Shown here: positions 1 to 8,818 of the stretch, one piece after another
Layout: the number at the start of each line of letters is the position of its first letter
Position numbering within the stretch: the first letter of the stretch is position 1
Source of the DNA: Acidimicrobiaceae bacterium
GTDB lineage: Bacteria; Actinomycetota; Acidimicrobiia; Acidimicrobiales; UBA8592
Direction: 5' to 3'
Assembly (NCBI GenBank): GCA_002715405.1
Contig: PAZD01000015.1
Location: 10,233 to 48,238 of the forward strand
DNA length: 38,006 nucleotides
Program-made: the position numbers and the translations under genes
Notes under the pieces: model-generated
What the model was told of the DNA's origin: nothing
Databases searched by the model: none
The model's input: only the letters and a program-made list of their open reading frames with translations

Positions 1-1197
1 ATCGCGTGACTGGTCGACGTATCCCAAATCTACGGTTGGTCCGATAGTGATTTCGCCACCATCTGGTGGTTCTTCTCCAGTGATCATTCGGAATAGGGTA
101 GTTTTTCCAGCACCGTTGGCCCCGACAATTCCTACGATCCCAGCGGGTGGAAGGGAGAAATTTAAGCTTTCGATAAGAAGTTTGTCGTCAAACCCTTTAG
201 AGAGGCCTTGAACTTCAATAACTTGATCTCCTAGCCTTTTATCTGCATGAATATTGATTTGTAGTTCTCGTTCATTGCGATCTTCAGATTTGGATTCTGC
301 TAACAGTTTTTCGTATGCGGCTAGTCGCGCTTTACCCTTTGCTTGTCTTGCTTTGGGTGCCATTCTCACCCATTCCAATTCTCGCTCTAGGGTTCGCTGT
401 CGAGCAGAGTCCTTATTTTTCTCTGATGTTAATCTCTGTTCTTTTTGTTCAAGCCAACTCGAATAATTTCCGTGATAGGGGATGCCTCGGCCTCGGTCAA
501 GCTCTAAGATCCATTCTGCGACATTGTCGAGAAAGTAGCGGTCGTGCGTAATGGCTACCACGGTCCCTGCATATTCCTTAAGGTGTCGTTCGAGCCAGGC
601 AACCGATTCGGCATCAAGATGGTTTGTTGGCTCATCGAGCAGAAGAAGATCGGGCTGGCCTAGAAGTAGTTTGCATAGTGCAACACGTCGTTTCTCACCC
701 CCAGACAGGTTCGTAACGTCTTCTTCAGGAGGAGGAAGACGCAGGGCGTCCATAGCGATTTCGATTTGGCGTTGAAGGTCCCAAGCACCAGCTGCCTCGA
801 TTTCTTTTTCTAGGGACGCCTGCAATGAACCGAGTTTTTCAAAGTCAGCTTCAGGATCCGACCATTTCGCAAGAACCTCGTCATAGCGGGATAAAAGATC
901 TGCGATTTCTCCAACACCATCCATAACATTTCCATGGACCGTCTTTGAAGGATCTAGTTCAGGCTCTTGCGGCAGAAAGCCGACGGTATAGGTTGGGCTA
1001 AGTCGAGCTTCCCCACTAAACCCATCGTCAAGCCCAGCCATAATACGAAGAAGAGAAGATTTCCCAGCTCCATTTGCACCGAGAACGCCTATTTTAGCTC
1101 CAGGGAAGAAAGATAAACTTATATCTTTAAGGACGTCGCGATCTGGGGGGTAGAACCGTGAGCATTTGTGCATAGTAAAGATGTATTCTGATGCCAT
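1..1197 (-). CDS. ettA: Energy-dependent translational throttle protein EttA (ABC-F ATPase), 3' end outside window
   Basis: Hand translation from ATG at 1197: MASEYIFTMHKCSRFYPPDRDVLKDISLSFFPGAKIGVLGANGAGKSS...; LSGGEKRRVAL signature, LLLLDEPTNHLD, second Walker A GANGAGKTT near the window start. Not in the ORF track because it has no stop in the window. Confidence 0.95.
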   Translation of the reverse strand, partial: MASEYIFTMHKCSRFYPPDRDVLKDISLSFFPGAKIGVLGANGAGKSSLLRIMAGLDDGFSGEARLSPTYTVGFLPQEPELDPSKTVHGNVMDGVGEIADLLSRYDEVLAKWSDPEADFEKLGSLQASLEKEIEAAGAWDLQRQIEIAMDALRLPPPEEDVTNLSGGEKRRVALCKLLLGQPDLLLLDEPTNHLDAESVAWLERHLKEYAGTVVAITHDRYFLDNVAEWILELDRGRGIPYHGNYSSWLEQKEQRLTSEKNKDSARQRTLERELEWVRMAPKARQAKGKARLAAYEKLLAESKSEDRNERELQINIHADKRLGDQVIEVQGLSKGFDDKLLIESLNFSLPPAGIVGIVGANGAGKTTLFRMITGEEPPDGGEITIGPTVDLGYVDQSRD

Positions 1198-1281
1198 GCA
1201 CTGAGGTTAGTTCTCCAAGGTGCAGGATTCCGCATTGTGGGGGTTATGGATCTTATCCAAAACGCCTCTATGCTCGATTCG

Positions 1282-1920
1282 ATGATATCGACAGTACTTT
1301 TTGACTTTGGAGGGGTGATCACGACGAGCCCCTTCGATGGGTTTGCTAACTATGAAAAAGAGGCAGGACTACCTGAAGATCTAATCCGAAAAATAAATAG
1401 TACGAATCCTGATATGAACGCTTGGGCGCAATATGAAAGAAACCAGATCACAAGAGAGGAATTTCTTGAATTGTTCGAAGAAGAAGCATTTGCTCTTGGG
1501 TATAAAGTGGATGCCGAACGCGTATTGCAATGCTTATCTACCGATATACGCCCCAAGATGCTTAACGCCGTTCAAAGACTAAGTGATGTGTACACGACTG
1601 CCATACTTACCAATAACCTCACAGAAGTTTCGGAAGACGATACTCAGCCCGAACCTTCGCGTGAACACTTAGGTAGCGTGATGACAGTTGTCGATGCAAT
1701 CATCGAATCATCAAAGATAGGGGTTCGCAAACCTGATGCAGCGTTCTACGAAATAGCTTGTGAGCAGTTGGGTGTGCGACCCGATCAATGCGTTTTTCTA
1801 GATGATTTAGGGATTAATCTGAAGCCTGCAAAATTAATGGGGATGACGACAATCAAAGTGGTGAATGAATCTCAAGCATTACATGATCTAAGTAATGTTT
1901 TGAATTTCGATTTATCTTAA
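1282..1920 (+). CDS. HAD-superfamily hydrolase (HAD-IA variant; soluble epoxide hydrolase/ACAD10 N-terminal phosphatase-like)
   Basis: LFDFGGV motif I, LTN motif II, RKPD motif III, FLDD..IN motif IV. Start moved from 1237 to ATG 1282, which follows TATGCT at 7 nt. Confidence 0.85.
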   Translation: MISTVLFDFGGVITTSPFDGFANYEKEAGLPEDLIRKINSTNPDMNAWAQYERNQITREEFLELFEEEAFALGYKVDAERVLQCLSTDIRPKMLNAVQRLSDVYTTAILTNNLTEVSEDDTQPEPSREHLGSVMTVVDAIIESSKIGVRKPDAAFYEIACEQLGVRPDQCVFLDDLGINLKPAKLMGMTTIKVVNESQALHDLSNVLNFDLS

Positions 1921-1989
1921 CTTTGTGCTTTAGAGATTTTTAGATAAATTAGCGTTTCTAGCAACCTTGTAGTGCACTAGGCTACTCGC

Positions 1990-2766
1990 ATGCGAATAGT
2001 GACCTGGAACGTAAACTCTCTGAAAGCTCGTCTCCCTCGAGTGCTTGATTGGGTTGAGACAATGGATCCCGATGTCCTTTGCATACAGGAAACTAAGCTC
2101 GCAGAAGATGCATTCCCCTCTGACAGTTTCGCAAAGCTTGGGTACGAAAGTATCCACCATGGTCAAGGCCAATGGAATGGTGTTGCAATCATCAGCAAGG
2201 TTGGAATTGATGACCCTGTGTCAGGTTTTTCTGATGGAGGTGCTCCCGACCCTGATGCCAGAATCATCTGGGCCACCTGTGGAGGCCTTCGCGTCGCAAG
2301 TGCGTATATTCCAAATGGGAGAGAGGTTGGGCATGACCATTACATTTACAAACTTGATTGGCTAGGTCGGTTGCGTTCTCATTTAGACGAAAACCATTCA
2401 CCCAAAGAAGATGTCCTAATTCTTGGTGATTTTAACGTTGCTCCCGAAGACAGAGATGTATGGAGCGCTAAGGCCTTTAAAGGAGCTACTCACGTAAGCC
2501 AGCCTGAAAGAAATGCCTATCAGGAGGTTCTCGATTGGGGCCTGCAGGATACATTCAGAAACCACTATCCAGAAGAGGATGGACTTTACACATTCTGGGA
2601 TTATCGTCAGGGAAGTTTTTACAAACGTTACGGGATGAGAATTGATTTTATTCTCGCCTCCAAGTCTTTAGCTAATCAATGCACTCTTGCACTCGTTGAC
2701 CGAAATGCCCGAAAAGGTGAGAAACCATCTGACCACGCACCACTGTTAGCAGATTTTCAACGCTAA
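1990..2766 (+). CDS. xth: Exodeoxyribonuclease III / AP endonuclease
   Basis: TWNVNS, QETK, YIPNG, GDFN, RIDFIL and SDHAP motifs. Confidence 0.95.
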   Translation: MRIVTWNVNSLKARLPRVLDWVETMDPDVLCIQETKLAEDAFPSDSFAKLGYESIHHGQGQWNGVAIISKVGIDDPVSGFSDGGAPDPDARIIWATCGGLRVASAYIPNGREVGHDHYIYKLDWLGRLRSHLDENHSPKEDVLILGDFNVAPEDRDVWSAKAFKGATHVSQPERNAYQEVLDWGLQDTFRNHYPEEDGLYTFWDYRQGSFYKRYGMRIDFILASKSLANQCTLALVDRNARKGEKPSDHAPLLADFQR

Positions 2767-2770
2767 CCGA

Positions 2771-4888
2771 CTATTCGGGAGCGGTGGTATCAGTTTCTTT
2801 AATTAGGACTAAAGCTATTTCCGAAGACGTTGGGAGCTCTCCGGTCGGGCCAATAATGGTTAATTGATCATCTGCGGTAAGCACAGTCTCAGGAGATGGG
2901 GAAAGGATCTTTCCCTTTCTGTAGATTGCCTCAACATGAAGATCATCGTCTAGACGAAGTTCTCCAAGAGTACGGCCTATAAGAATTCCAATATCTGTCT
3001 CAGGTAAGAGGGGGTATTGCCCTATCTCTAATCCTGGAAGCAGGGCCTGTTTAACTTCTGATTCGTAGGAAGCTTGCGCTACTACTTTTGCATCATCAGT
3101 GTGTAGGTATGCAGCCAGTTCGCCAGCTAACCGTAAGGACCGTCCAGGTTTAGAAGACGTCCCAGCAAGGAAGAATAGGGCATTCACTCTTTCGTTTCTT
3201 CCTCCCCATTCTGATGGAATTACTATGCCTCTTTCACTCTTCACTATTACTAAATGATCGATTTCAGATTCTTCGAAAAAAGCGACAGGAGTCGCCGTGG
3301 GATGTGTATCTGAGGGTTGGATCCATAAGGATCCCGTTTCTAAGAATCGATCATTAACTTCTTCAGGTTCGACATCCAACATTTTTCCAAGAACCTGAGC
3401 TGATCTACTAGCAGCTTCAGTAATATCTCCATCTGAAGGGACTGAGATCACAGCAGCACGAGCAATTAAACCGGCGTAGTCATCCTCGGACCGCAATCCA
3501 TGACTTTGCATTGCAGCCGAGATTTCTCTATCGACGGAGGTATCAGCTGCTTGTCCGAGTCTTTCAAAGATGTGATGAATAGCCCCAGCAGTTTGGTTCG
3601 TTTTCTTTCGTCCAAAGTAGTGGAACCATACAATTGTTAAAGCAACTGATACGGAAACTAGAATGATAGGAAGGGCTCCTAATTTAAATATGAGGTAGAT
3701 GCAAACACCTATTCCAAAAGCATGCATATAGGGGAATAGAGGGGACCGGAAACCAGGAGCATATGAATTAATGCGGGCGCTTCGAAGAACAATTACGGCG
3801 AGATTCACTAACGCAAGTTTAAGAAGAACAAACGCACTAGCCAGCTTCGCAATCGCTCCGGCACCGAAAACAACCACGATAAAGGTCATGCCGATTCCAG
3901 TAAGCAAAATACCCCATATCGGAGTATCAAATCTACTCATTTTCAAGAAGGAATCACTCATTAACCCATCGCGGCTCATCGCCATTGGGTAACGGGCAGC
4001 CGATAGGATTCCAGCATTTGCCGCAGAGGCAAACGCTGCGAGAGCGGCAGCGATAACGAAACCAGCGCCAACAGCAGGCATATACGCCTCTGCTGCTGTA
4101 TGAAGAGGGGCTAAATCCCCAAAGAGCTCTGTTTGCGGTATTACAGCCGTAACGACCAGAACCCCTAACGTGTATACAATTGTGCTAACGAACAGAGAGA
4201 GGATCACACCTAAGGGGATATTACGGGAGGGATCTTCCACCTCCTCAGCCATGCTAGCTACTTTGGTTAGTCCACCGTAACTCACGAAGACAAGACCTAT
4301 AGCTGCGATTAACCCTTCGCTCCCTTTGGAAAAGAAAGGTTCAAAATCCCCTGCAGCATTCCCGATCTCCGGTATTCCAGCGGCGAGGAACCATACCATT
4401 ACAGCTAAGAGGAAACCTACCATCGCTATTTGAATCGAGGCGCTTGTTTTTGAGCCAATAATATTTAGAAGCGTGAACGCTAAGATCAGCATAACTGCGG
4501 TCAGTTTGCTTGGAAGATTTATGCCGATAAGAGCCAGATAAGCACTCATTCCTACGAGTGCAAAAGCATCTTTCATGACTAAAGATAACCATGTTGCGAC
4601 ACCGGTGACTGTCCCACCCGCAGCGCCTAAAGCTCGAGCGAGGAAATAGTACAGACCGCCCGCTCTTGGCATAGCTGTTGACAGTTCAGCCACAGATAAC
4701 ATTGCTGGCAAAGCTAAAAGACCAGCGATTAGATACGCCAGAATTGCAGAAGGGCCAGCTTTCGCTGCAGCGAAACTTGGAAGGAAAAACAAGCCAGCGC
4801 TTATGGTCCCACCAGTACTAATCACAAATACGTGTCCGAGCCCCAGTGATCTTTTTAAACTCGTTGATGATTTCCCATTATCGGCCAT
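2771..4888 (-). CDS. APC-superfamily amino acid/cation permease with C-terminal PTS EIIA-like and TrkA-C (RCK_C)-like domains
   Basis: About 12 hydrophobic segments, LKRSLG, AELSTAMPRAGGLY and AEEVEDPSRNIP APC motifs. Soluble tail of about 270 aa ending LIGRTLGELRL...AIYRKGKILSPSPETVLTADDQLTIIG (RCK_C pattern). Start probably ATG 4888 rather than TTG 4903. Confidence 0.85.
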   Translation of the reverse strand: MADNGKSSTSLKRSLGLGHVFVISTGGTISAGLFFLPSFAAAKAGPSAILAYLIAGLLALPAMLSVAELSTAMPRAGGLYYFLARALGAAGGTVTGVATWLSLVMKDAFALVGMSAYLALIGINLPSKLTAVMLILAFTLLNIIGSKTSASIQIAMVGFLLAVMVWFLAAGIPEIGNAAGDFEPFFSKGSEGLIAAIGLVFVSYGGLTKVASMAEEVEDPSRNIPLGVILSLFVSTIVYTLGVLVVTAVIPQTELFGDLAPLHTAAEAYMPAVGAGFVIAAALAAFASAANAGILSAARYPMAMSRDGLMSDSFLKMSRFDTPIWGILLTGIGMTFIVVVFGAGAIAKLASAFVLLKLALVNLAVIVLRSARINSYAPGFRSPLFPYMHAFGIGVCIYLIFKLGALPIILVSVSVALTIVWFHYFGRKKTNQTAGAIHHIFERLGQAADTSVDREISAAMQSHGLRSEDDYAGLIARAAVISVPSDGDITEAASRSAQVLGKMLDVEPEEVNDRFLETGSLWIQPSDTHPTATPVAFFEESEIDHLVIVKSERGIVIPSEWGGRNERVNALFFLAGTSSKPGRSLRLAGELAAYLHTDDAKVVAQASYESEVKQALLPGLEIGQYPLLPETDIGILIGRTLGELRLDDDLHVEAIYRKGKILSPSPETVLTADDQLTIIGPTGELPTSSEIALVLIKETDTTAPE

Positions 4889-4918
4889 GAGAAACCTTAA
4901 CAAGTTCTGATTCTCAAC

Positions 4919-6679
4919 CTAGGGTTTTATTGAATTTTCATCTGAAAGAATTTGAATTATCTCAACTCCATATCGTTTTACTTTAAAGTCGTTGAGCTGC
5001 GGAATTTCGCTCAGCTGTTTTAGAGTCCGTGGTTTCTGATCTATCACCTGATCGATGAATTTATCAGAGATCACATCACAGGGATTCACACCAGCTGCTA
5101 CAGCTTTGGACTCTCGCCAGCTTTCTAATTTCTGTCTCTGTTTGGAATCTTCCGAAGGGGTATTTTGAGCTTCTGTTTCGGGAAAAATCTGTTCGCGAAA
5201 AAGACGAATACGATTTCGTAACGATGATCCGTCGGATTTCTTAATGCTTGCCGCTTGCATCGAATGCGAGATTTCTTTCAAATATGGTGAAGGCTTTCGT
5301 GATATTTTTTTGCTTCCGAAAATTCTTTCGCGAGCCCACGAGCAATGGAGTTCATTCTGGGCGCGAGTCATTGCCACATACAACAATCTGCGTTCCTCAT
5401 CTAGCGAAGATTTTGAATTTGCGTAAGTTATAGGGCTGAATCCTTCTTCGAGGCCGGCTATATGCACTATTGGCCATTCGAGTCCTTTCGCAGCATGAAA
5501 GGTAGTGATAGTAACCGAATCATCGACAGATAGAGATGCTCCCGTATCCAGAGATGCCTCGTTGTTCTTCGAAACTTTAAATGGAATCTCTGAACGTGTA
5601 AAGGCATCTGAGAATCGTTCGATTTGGGCGTGTGTTCTTACAAGTACAGCTTGAGTACTCCAGCTTTCTGCATAGATGCGGCGTTCTTTAATGCTCGAAG
5701 CGATGTATTCAGCCTCGTCGATACAGGTTTTAGCTTGATGGATTGAAGGAATCTCGCCATCTGGCTTTTGCGAACTTAGAGATGGCTTGTCTCCTAGGAC
5801 TGATGATGCCGTATGGACAATCTGAGGTGTTGAGCGGAAATTCTTGGTGAGTTCAACTGTCTGGCCGTCAGGAAAATATGAATTAAAGTTCTCTAGGTAT
5901 TTCGCGTCCGCCCCATTCCATGAATAAATGGCTTGATCAGGATCCCCAACAATGCACATAGAGCTATCTTCACCAAGCCACGCGCGCAAAAGAGCAAATT
6001 GCAATGGGTTAACATCCTGAAATTCATCAACGAAGATGTATCGGTATTTCCAGTGACGGCCAGCAGCAAAGTCAGTATCGTTTACCAAGTCACTTATGGC
6101 ATGTTCCAAGATATCGTCGAAGTCGATTAGGTTCCGTTTCCTCTTTTCTTGAGTAAAAAGATTTAGAAATTCACTAACCTGTGTCGAGTTAGAATGGGGC
6201 GTTCGTTGATTCTTTTCGACAGCTGTCGGATATGTCTCAGGCGTGAGCCTTCTCGCTGTAGCCCAATCAATTTCATTGCATATCGTGTCTCGGGTTTCAG
6301 AAGTAAGCCGGTCAGGAAGAATAGACCTGAGCAATGTGCGTCGGTTCTCTAAGATTGTGGGCCGACGCGGAATGCTTAAGTCATTCCATCTAGTTTGAAG
6401 TTGAGCGAATGCCAAAGCATGGAAAGTCCCCGCAGTTACAGGACTATCAAGGCCTAGGGTTTTTAGACGTGAGCGTAACTCTTCTGCAGCTTTCTTTGTA
6501 AAGGTCAGGCAGAGAACATGCTCCGGCTCAATCCGCAATGTTTTACTCTGGTGAGCAATTCGATGAGTTAAGACTCGAGTTTTTCCCGAGCCCGCACCAG
6601 CTAAAATCCGAAGCCTTTTAGTATCGATCCTTACGGCATTATATTGATCGGGCGTTAAATCATTTCTCTGTTGCTCCAC
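4919..6679 (-). CDS. SF1A UvrD/Rep-family DNA helicase with C-terminal HRDC domain (UvrD2-like)
   Basis: AGAGSGKT, LTFTKKAA, VDEFQD, VGDPDQAIYSWNGA, NFRS, TFHAAKGLEW, EERRLLYVAMTRA; HRDC-like tail LESWR...P.TL.QL...KRYG.EI. Confidence 0.92.
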   Translation of the reverse strand: MEQQRNDLTPDQYNAVRIDTKRLRILAGAGSGKTRVLTHRIAHQSKTLRIEPEHVLCLTFTKKAAEELRSRLKTLGLDSPVTAGTFHALAFAQLQTRWNDLSIPRRPTILENRRTLLRSILPDRLTSETRDTICNEIDWATARRLTPETYPTAVEKNQRTPHSNSTQVSEFLNLFTQEKRKRNLIDFDDILEHAISDLVNDTDFAAGRHWKYRYIFVDEFQDVNPLQFALLRAWLGEDSSMCIVGDPDQAIYSWNGADAKYLENFNSYFPDGQTVELTKNFRSTPQIVHTASSVLGDKPSLSSQKPDGEIPSIHQAKTCIDEAEYIASSIKERRIYAESWSTQAVLVRTHAQIERFSDAFTRSEIPFKVSKNNEASLDTGASLSVDDSVTITTFHAAKGLEWPIVHIAGLEEGFSPITYANSKSSLDEERRLLYVAMTRAQNELHCSWARERIFGSKKISRKPSPYLKEISHSMQAASIKKSDGSSLRNRIRLFREQIFPETEAQNTPSEDSKQRQKLESWRESKAVAAGVNPCDVISDKFIDQVIDQKPRTLKQLSEIPQLNDFKVKRYGVEIIQILSDENSIKP

Positions 6680-6860
6680 GGGGGAAGGCTATCGTTAGAT
6701 CGCGGCCCTTACCCAAAAAACACTAACTCTTCCAACAAAATTGATATTTTAACCTGCCACTTGAAGGTAGGTCGATTACGGTTAAGATATCCGAAGTTAA
6801 AGGGCCACTTATAGATGCATTGTGGATGAAAGTATCCCGAACTTTGAAAGGATCAACGTC

Positions 6861-7964
6861 ATGGGGCCATTAGAAGGCAAAAAAATAATCGAGATAGCTG
6901 GTATAGGGCCGGGACCTTTTTGTGCAATGGTTCTTTCTGATCTCGGCGCAGAAGTCATCAGAGTTGATAGGGCGTCAGCTGTCCCAGAAGAATTTCCTGA
7001 AACTCCAAGTTTGGACCTACTCAACCGTGGAAGAAAATCAGTTGCCTTTGACCTCAAAAATCCTGAAGGGGTTAAATCGTTGCTGCGCCTAGTTGAATCT
7101 GCCGATGCTCTTATAGAGGGCTTTCGTCCAGGCGTAGCTGAGCGTTTAGGCATTGGCCCCGATGAATGTTTAAAGAGGAATCCACAATTGGTCTACGGGA
7201 GAATGACTGGTTGGGGGCAAGACGGAATCTATGCGGATATGGCAGGCCATGACATCAACTACATCGCTCTTTCCGGTGTCCTTGGAGCTATTGGAAGAGA
7301 AGGAGAAGCTCCTGTACCACCTCTAAATCTCGTCGGAGATTTCGGCGGGGGAGGAATGCTCCTAGCTATAGGGATATGCGCTGGTTTGGTTGAAACGTCC
7401 ACTAGCGGGAAAGGTCAAGTTGTGGACGCTGCTATGACTGATGGTTCAGCTCTTCTAGCAACCATGATTCATTCCTTCGTTGCTATGGGGATATGGGGTG
7501 AGCGCGGAACGAATATTTTGGATACCGGAGCGCCATTTTACGACGTGTATCAATGCGCAGATGGAGAATACATTTCGTTAGGCTCAATAGAACCTCAGTT
7601 CTATGCCGAACTTTTAAGAATAACTGGGCTTGATCAGGAAGACCTTCCTGATCAAATGGACCGTTCACAGTGGCCTGCAATGAAAGAGAGAATTGCACAA
7701 ACTATTCGAGGTAAGACCCGCGATCAGTGGGTTGAATTAATGGAAGGTACAGATGTTTGTTTTGCACCTGTGCTTTCACCTTCCGAAGCTTTTGAACATC
7801 CACATAATATCGAACGCAAGACCTTTGTTGAAGTAGCAGGGATTAAACAACCAGCGCCTGCGCCACGATTTAGTAGAACTCCCGCCACGATAGACAGCCC
7901 GCCTCCTCACCCCGGCCAACACACAAATGAAGTCCTGTCTAAATGGGGCTTTACCGAAGAGTAG
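6861..7964 (+). CDS. CaiB/BaiF family III CoA-transferase, alpha-methylacyl-CoA racemase-like; the TAG at 7962-7964 appears premature (natural end 8000)
   Basis: AGIGPGPF, LNRGRKS, EGFRPGVAERLG, GRMTGWGQDG, AGHDINY, NLVGDFGGG, PAPAPRFSRT. ATG 6861 follows SD-like GAAAGGA. Confidence 0.92.
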   Translation: MGPLEGKKIIEIAGIGPGPFCAMVLSDLGAEVIRVDRASAVPEEFPETPSLDLLNRGRKSVAFDLKNPEGVKSLLRLVESADALIEGFRPGVAERLGIGPDECLKRNPQLVYGRMTGWGQDGIYADMAGHDINYIALSGVLGAIGREGEAPVPPLNLVGDFGGGGMLLAIGICAGLVETSTSGKGQVVDAAMTDGSALLATMIHSFVAMGIWGERGTNILDTGAPFYDVYQCADGEYISLGSIEPQFYAELLRITGLDQEDLPDQMDRSQWPAMKERIAQTIRGKTRDQWVELMEGTDVCFAPVLSPSEAFEHPHNIERKTFVEVAGIKQPAPAPRFSRTPATIDSPPPHPGQHTNEVLSKWGFTEE

Positions 7965-8071
7965 ATTGACGGCTTGCATGAAGCGAAAGCAATAAAATAG
8001 GATTCAACCTTTCCTATCTCCATCTTTCGTTCGACTCTTGCATTCAGGATTTCTGATGCCATGATTAAGGT

Positions 8072-8398
8072 ATGACAGTAATTAAGATAAATGCAATAAC
8101 CGTCCCAAATGAACACGGAGAAGAGGTGGCCAAGCGTTTTGCCGCCAGAGTCAACGCCGTTGATGATGCTCCGGGTTTTGAAGGTTTTGAACTATTGCGG
8201 CCTGATGATGAAAGAAATCAGTGGCTCGTAGTAACCCGTTGGGCAGATGATGCTTCGTTTGATGCATGGAGGAATTCGGATCAAGCTGTGCACGCTCATC
8301 AATCTCCTCAAGAAGAAAAACCACCAAAGCACCTAGGCTTATCCGCTGAACTTTGGCACTATATTGTAGAAGTTTCCTCTACAGGCAATAGCGGGTGA
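8072..8398 (+). CDS. mhuD: ABM-fold monooxygenase, MhuD/IsdG-like heme-degrading enzyme
   Basis: MTVIKINAITVP...KRFAAR...PGFEGFELLRP...VVTRW...FDAW...HAH closely parallels mycobacterial MhuD; Asn7 and Arg26 are at identical positions, with Trp and His in the C-terminal half. Confidence 0.75.
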   Translation: MTVIKINAITVPNEHGEEVAKRFAARVNAVDDAPGFEGFELLRPDDERNQWLVVTRWADDASFDAWRNSDQAVHAHQSPQEEKPPKHLGLSAELWHYIVEVSSTGNSG

Positions 8399-8769
8399 CC
8401 ATACTTCTAACAATTCGTGAACTACATATAGTATTTGCGCTATTTGTTATAGGTATCAACGCGCTGGCAGCTGTGCTCGCTTTTGGAGTTCATAGAACGA
8501 ATAAACAAGGTGGGCGCTTATTCTGGATATTTATTGCCGTGGCGCAGACAACGGTTTTTGTTCAAGCGATTCTTGGAGCTGTATTACAATCCAATGAGAA
8601 TTTGGCCCCAAGAGATTTCCACTACCTATACGGGTTTTCGATGATTGTGTTTATCGCTCTGTTATATGGATATAGATTGCAAGTCGGAGAGAGGCGTTAT
8701 CTTCTCTATGGTTTTGGGAGCCTATTTATTATGGGATTAGGTATTAGGGCTTTTTTTATTGGTGTTTAA
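8395..8769 (+). CDS. Uncharacterised four-helix membrane protein, translationally coupled to the mhuD-like gene
   Basis: GTGA start/stop overlap at 8395-8398; four hydrophobic segments; His11, QAILG and FHYLYG. Confidence 0.75.
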   Translation: MTILLTIRELHIVFALFVIGINALAAVLAFGVHRTNKQGGRLFWIFIAVAQTTVFVQAILGAVLQSNENLAPRDFHYLYGFSMIVFIALLYGYRLQVGERRYLLYGFGSLFIMGLGIRAFFIGV

Positions 8770-8818
8770 TCCGGAATAAAATGAGAATCGGCTTTTAGGT
8801 TCTGATTTCCTTGTTTAA

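Noticed and set aside
254-1322. Short track ORFs at 254, 315, 551 and 1119
   Set aside because: They are antisense or alternate-frame shadows of ettA.
5532-5557. AGAGATGC direct repeat at the UvrD 2B-deletion linker as a deletion scar
   Set aside because: Only 8 bp and both copies are present; it could arise by chance from two ASL codon runs.
7962-7964. Genome-wide TAG reassignment or pyrrolysine as the explanation for the AMACR amber codon
   Set aside because: TAG terminates many genes here at their expected ends (DAK2, rpmF, plsX, ftsY, khpA, rplS), and no pyl genes are visible.
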